The notes under the pieces: model-generated
What the model saw: only the letters and a program-made list of their open reading frames with translations
Told to the model about the DNA's origin: nothing
Databases searched by the model: none
Program-made: the position numbers and the translations under genes
Assembly (NCBI GenBank): GCA_964016885.1
Contig: OZ024756.1
Span: 24,118,001-24,182,000, forward strand
Length of the DNA: 64,000 bases
Direction of reading: 5' to 3'
DNA from: Eledone cirrhosa
Lineage: Eukaryota
Shown here: positions 62,236 through 64,000 of the stretch, piece by piece
Layout: each line of letters opens with the position of its first letter
Numbering within the stretch: position 1 is the stretch's first letter

Positions 62236-62774
62236 CTTCAATGAAATAAATAAATGTTTTAATTATTTGATATAGAAGACCTCGCTGTAACGTTTTGACT
62301 GAAATGAAATAGTTTAACAACAGGGCATATAAAGCTACTGAAAAAGATAGGAATCAGTATAAATAGCAGTCGAACACACACTTCTTGTTTGCCGGACAAG
62401 TACACTACCATTACGCCATCTCTTCCCGTTATTTTTTAGGAACTATAACTTAACAGGTGGTGCTATTAAGTTAGACATGGCCAGAGCCAATACTGGTCGA
62501 AACCTAAGTTATCAAAGTTAAAGTTAATAGCGATGTGTACAGAGTTATATACAAGGGGGTGGTCATAGGTATGGGGTAGTGACAAAGTTATATACAAGTG
62601 GAGGGTATGGGATGGTGACAGAGATATATCGCAGTAAAGGTAGAGTTACAGTTTGGAGTCACCTTTGAGTTCATTACACCTTCGGTTTTTATTTGAACAT
62701 AAAGCCAACACACGCCTGTGAAATGTAGCCTGAGAGTAATCCGCAGCATTTTCTCATTATCTCGAATGAATTAA

Positions 62775-62862
<88 letters not shown>

Positions 62863-62948
62863 TTAATTATATATATATATATATCACTAGCCATATAATT
62901 TTGAGTTTAACACTTAGCCAGGCCAAGCCATTAAATAATGTACATACG

Positions 62949-63002
<54 letters not shown>

Positions 63003-63107
63003 CACATATATATATATACACATATATATATATATACACATATATATATACATACACATAGATATATATATACATACACATATATATATATATATATACA
63101 TATACAT

Positions 63108-63184
<77 letters not shown>

Positions 63185-63208
63185 GTATATATATATATGT
63201 ATATATAT

Positions 63209-63425
63209 GTGAAGGCGTGTGGCTGAGTGGTTAGAGAATTGGATTCGCAATCGTAAGGTTGTGAGTTCGATTCCTGGACCAGGCGATGCGTTATGTCCTT
63301 GAGCAAGACACTTTATTTCACGTTGCTCCTTCTACCTGGAGTTGCGACCGATAGATAGTATTAGCAATTGGAAAGACCAACGGAAACACTCTTCCCTCGG
63401 TCCGATTTGACGAAAGTCGATCGTC
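63209..63425 (+). mobile_element. tRNA-derived CORE-like SINE (other copies at about 20402-20592 and 48934-49136)
   Basis: A box tggctgagtgg, B box gagttcgattcc, tgtccttgagcaagacactt core. Confidence 0.8.
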
Positions 63426-63504
63426 TCCTATATATATATGTATATATATATATATCTGTATATATATATGTATGTATATATATATATGTATATATATATA
63501 TGTA

Positions 63505-63663
63505 TAGGAACAAGTAAGACACCGACGGCTGAGCTCAAGCCGTTTCGACGGCTAATTCTGTACTCGAAACGGCTTGAGCTCAGCCGTCGGGGTCTTACTT
63601 GTTCCTATTATTGAGTACTTTGGTGCGTTATGGTCCACCTGGTTCCTTACCACATTTCCTTCG

Positions 63664-63667
<4 letters not shown>
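63505..63667. mobile_element. Family A fold-back element
   Basis: Same family; (TA)n flanks. Confidence 0.78.
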
Positions 63668-63702
<35 letters not shown>

Positions 63703-63738
63703 TATATATATGTATATATATATATGTATATATATATG

Positions 63739-63797
<59 letters not shown>

Positions 63798-63900
63798 GTA
63801 TATATATATGTATATATATATATATGTATATATATATATGTATATATATATATGTATATATGTATATATATATATATATGTATATATATATGTATATATG

Positions 63901-63931
<31 letters not shown>

Positions 63932-64000
63932 GTATATATGTATATATATATATATGTATATATATATGTATATATATATATATATGTATATATATATGTA

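Noticed and set aside
63209-63290. tRNA gene
   Set aside because: A/B boxes run into a SINE core that recurs in several copies; no proper acceptor stem

Overview
Eukaryotic, very microsatellite-rich DNA. The SINE/LINE content and (TA)n/(CATA)n load suggest a coleoid cephalopod such as Octopus (inference). The minus strand carries the 3' part of one giant cadherin gene. I traced 23 phase-compatible coding exons from 62235 down to 18272 (about 9.1 kb CDS, about 3,030 aa): roughly 26 cadherin repeats, a membrane-adjacent domain with a possible furin-type site, one TM helix and a short cytoplasmic tail. There are no EGF/LamG domains and one GC-AG intron. The 5' end lies beyond the window and the last exon is unresolved. 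The introns and the downstream region hold several families of short elements inserted in (TA)n, often as head-to-head fold-backs. Many carry type I hammerhead ribozyme motifs, two of them textbook (19001-19083, 43633-43716). Together with a Penelope-like ORF remnant, this points to a Penelope/retrozyme-like system that targets (TA)n. Also present: a CRISPR-looking array of five 115-bp hairpin units plus one longer terminal copy separated by variable (TA)n, an 8 x 193-bp tandem SINE array, (CATA)n-targeting R4/Dong-like LINE remnants, internally deleted RTE derivatives in inverted orientation around three exons, and a fold-back MITE with telomeric repeats in its loop. All analysis was done by eye; family names come from motif recognition, not database searches.
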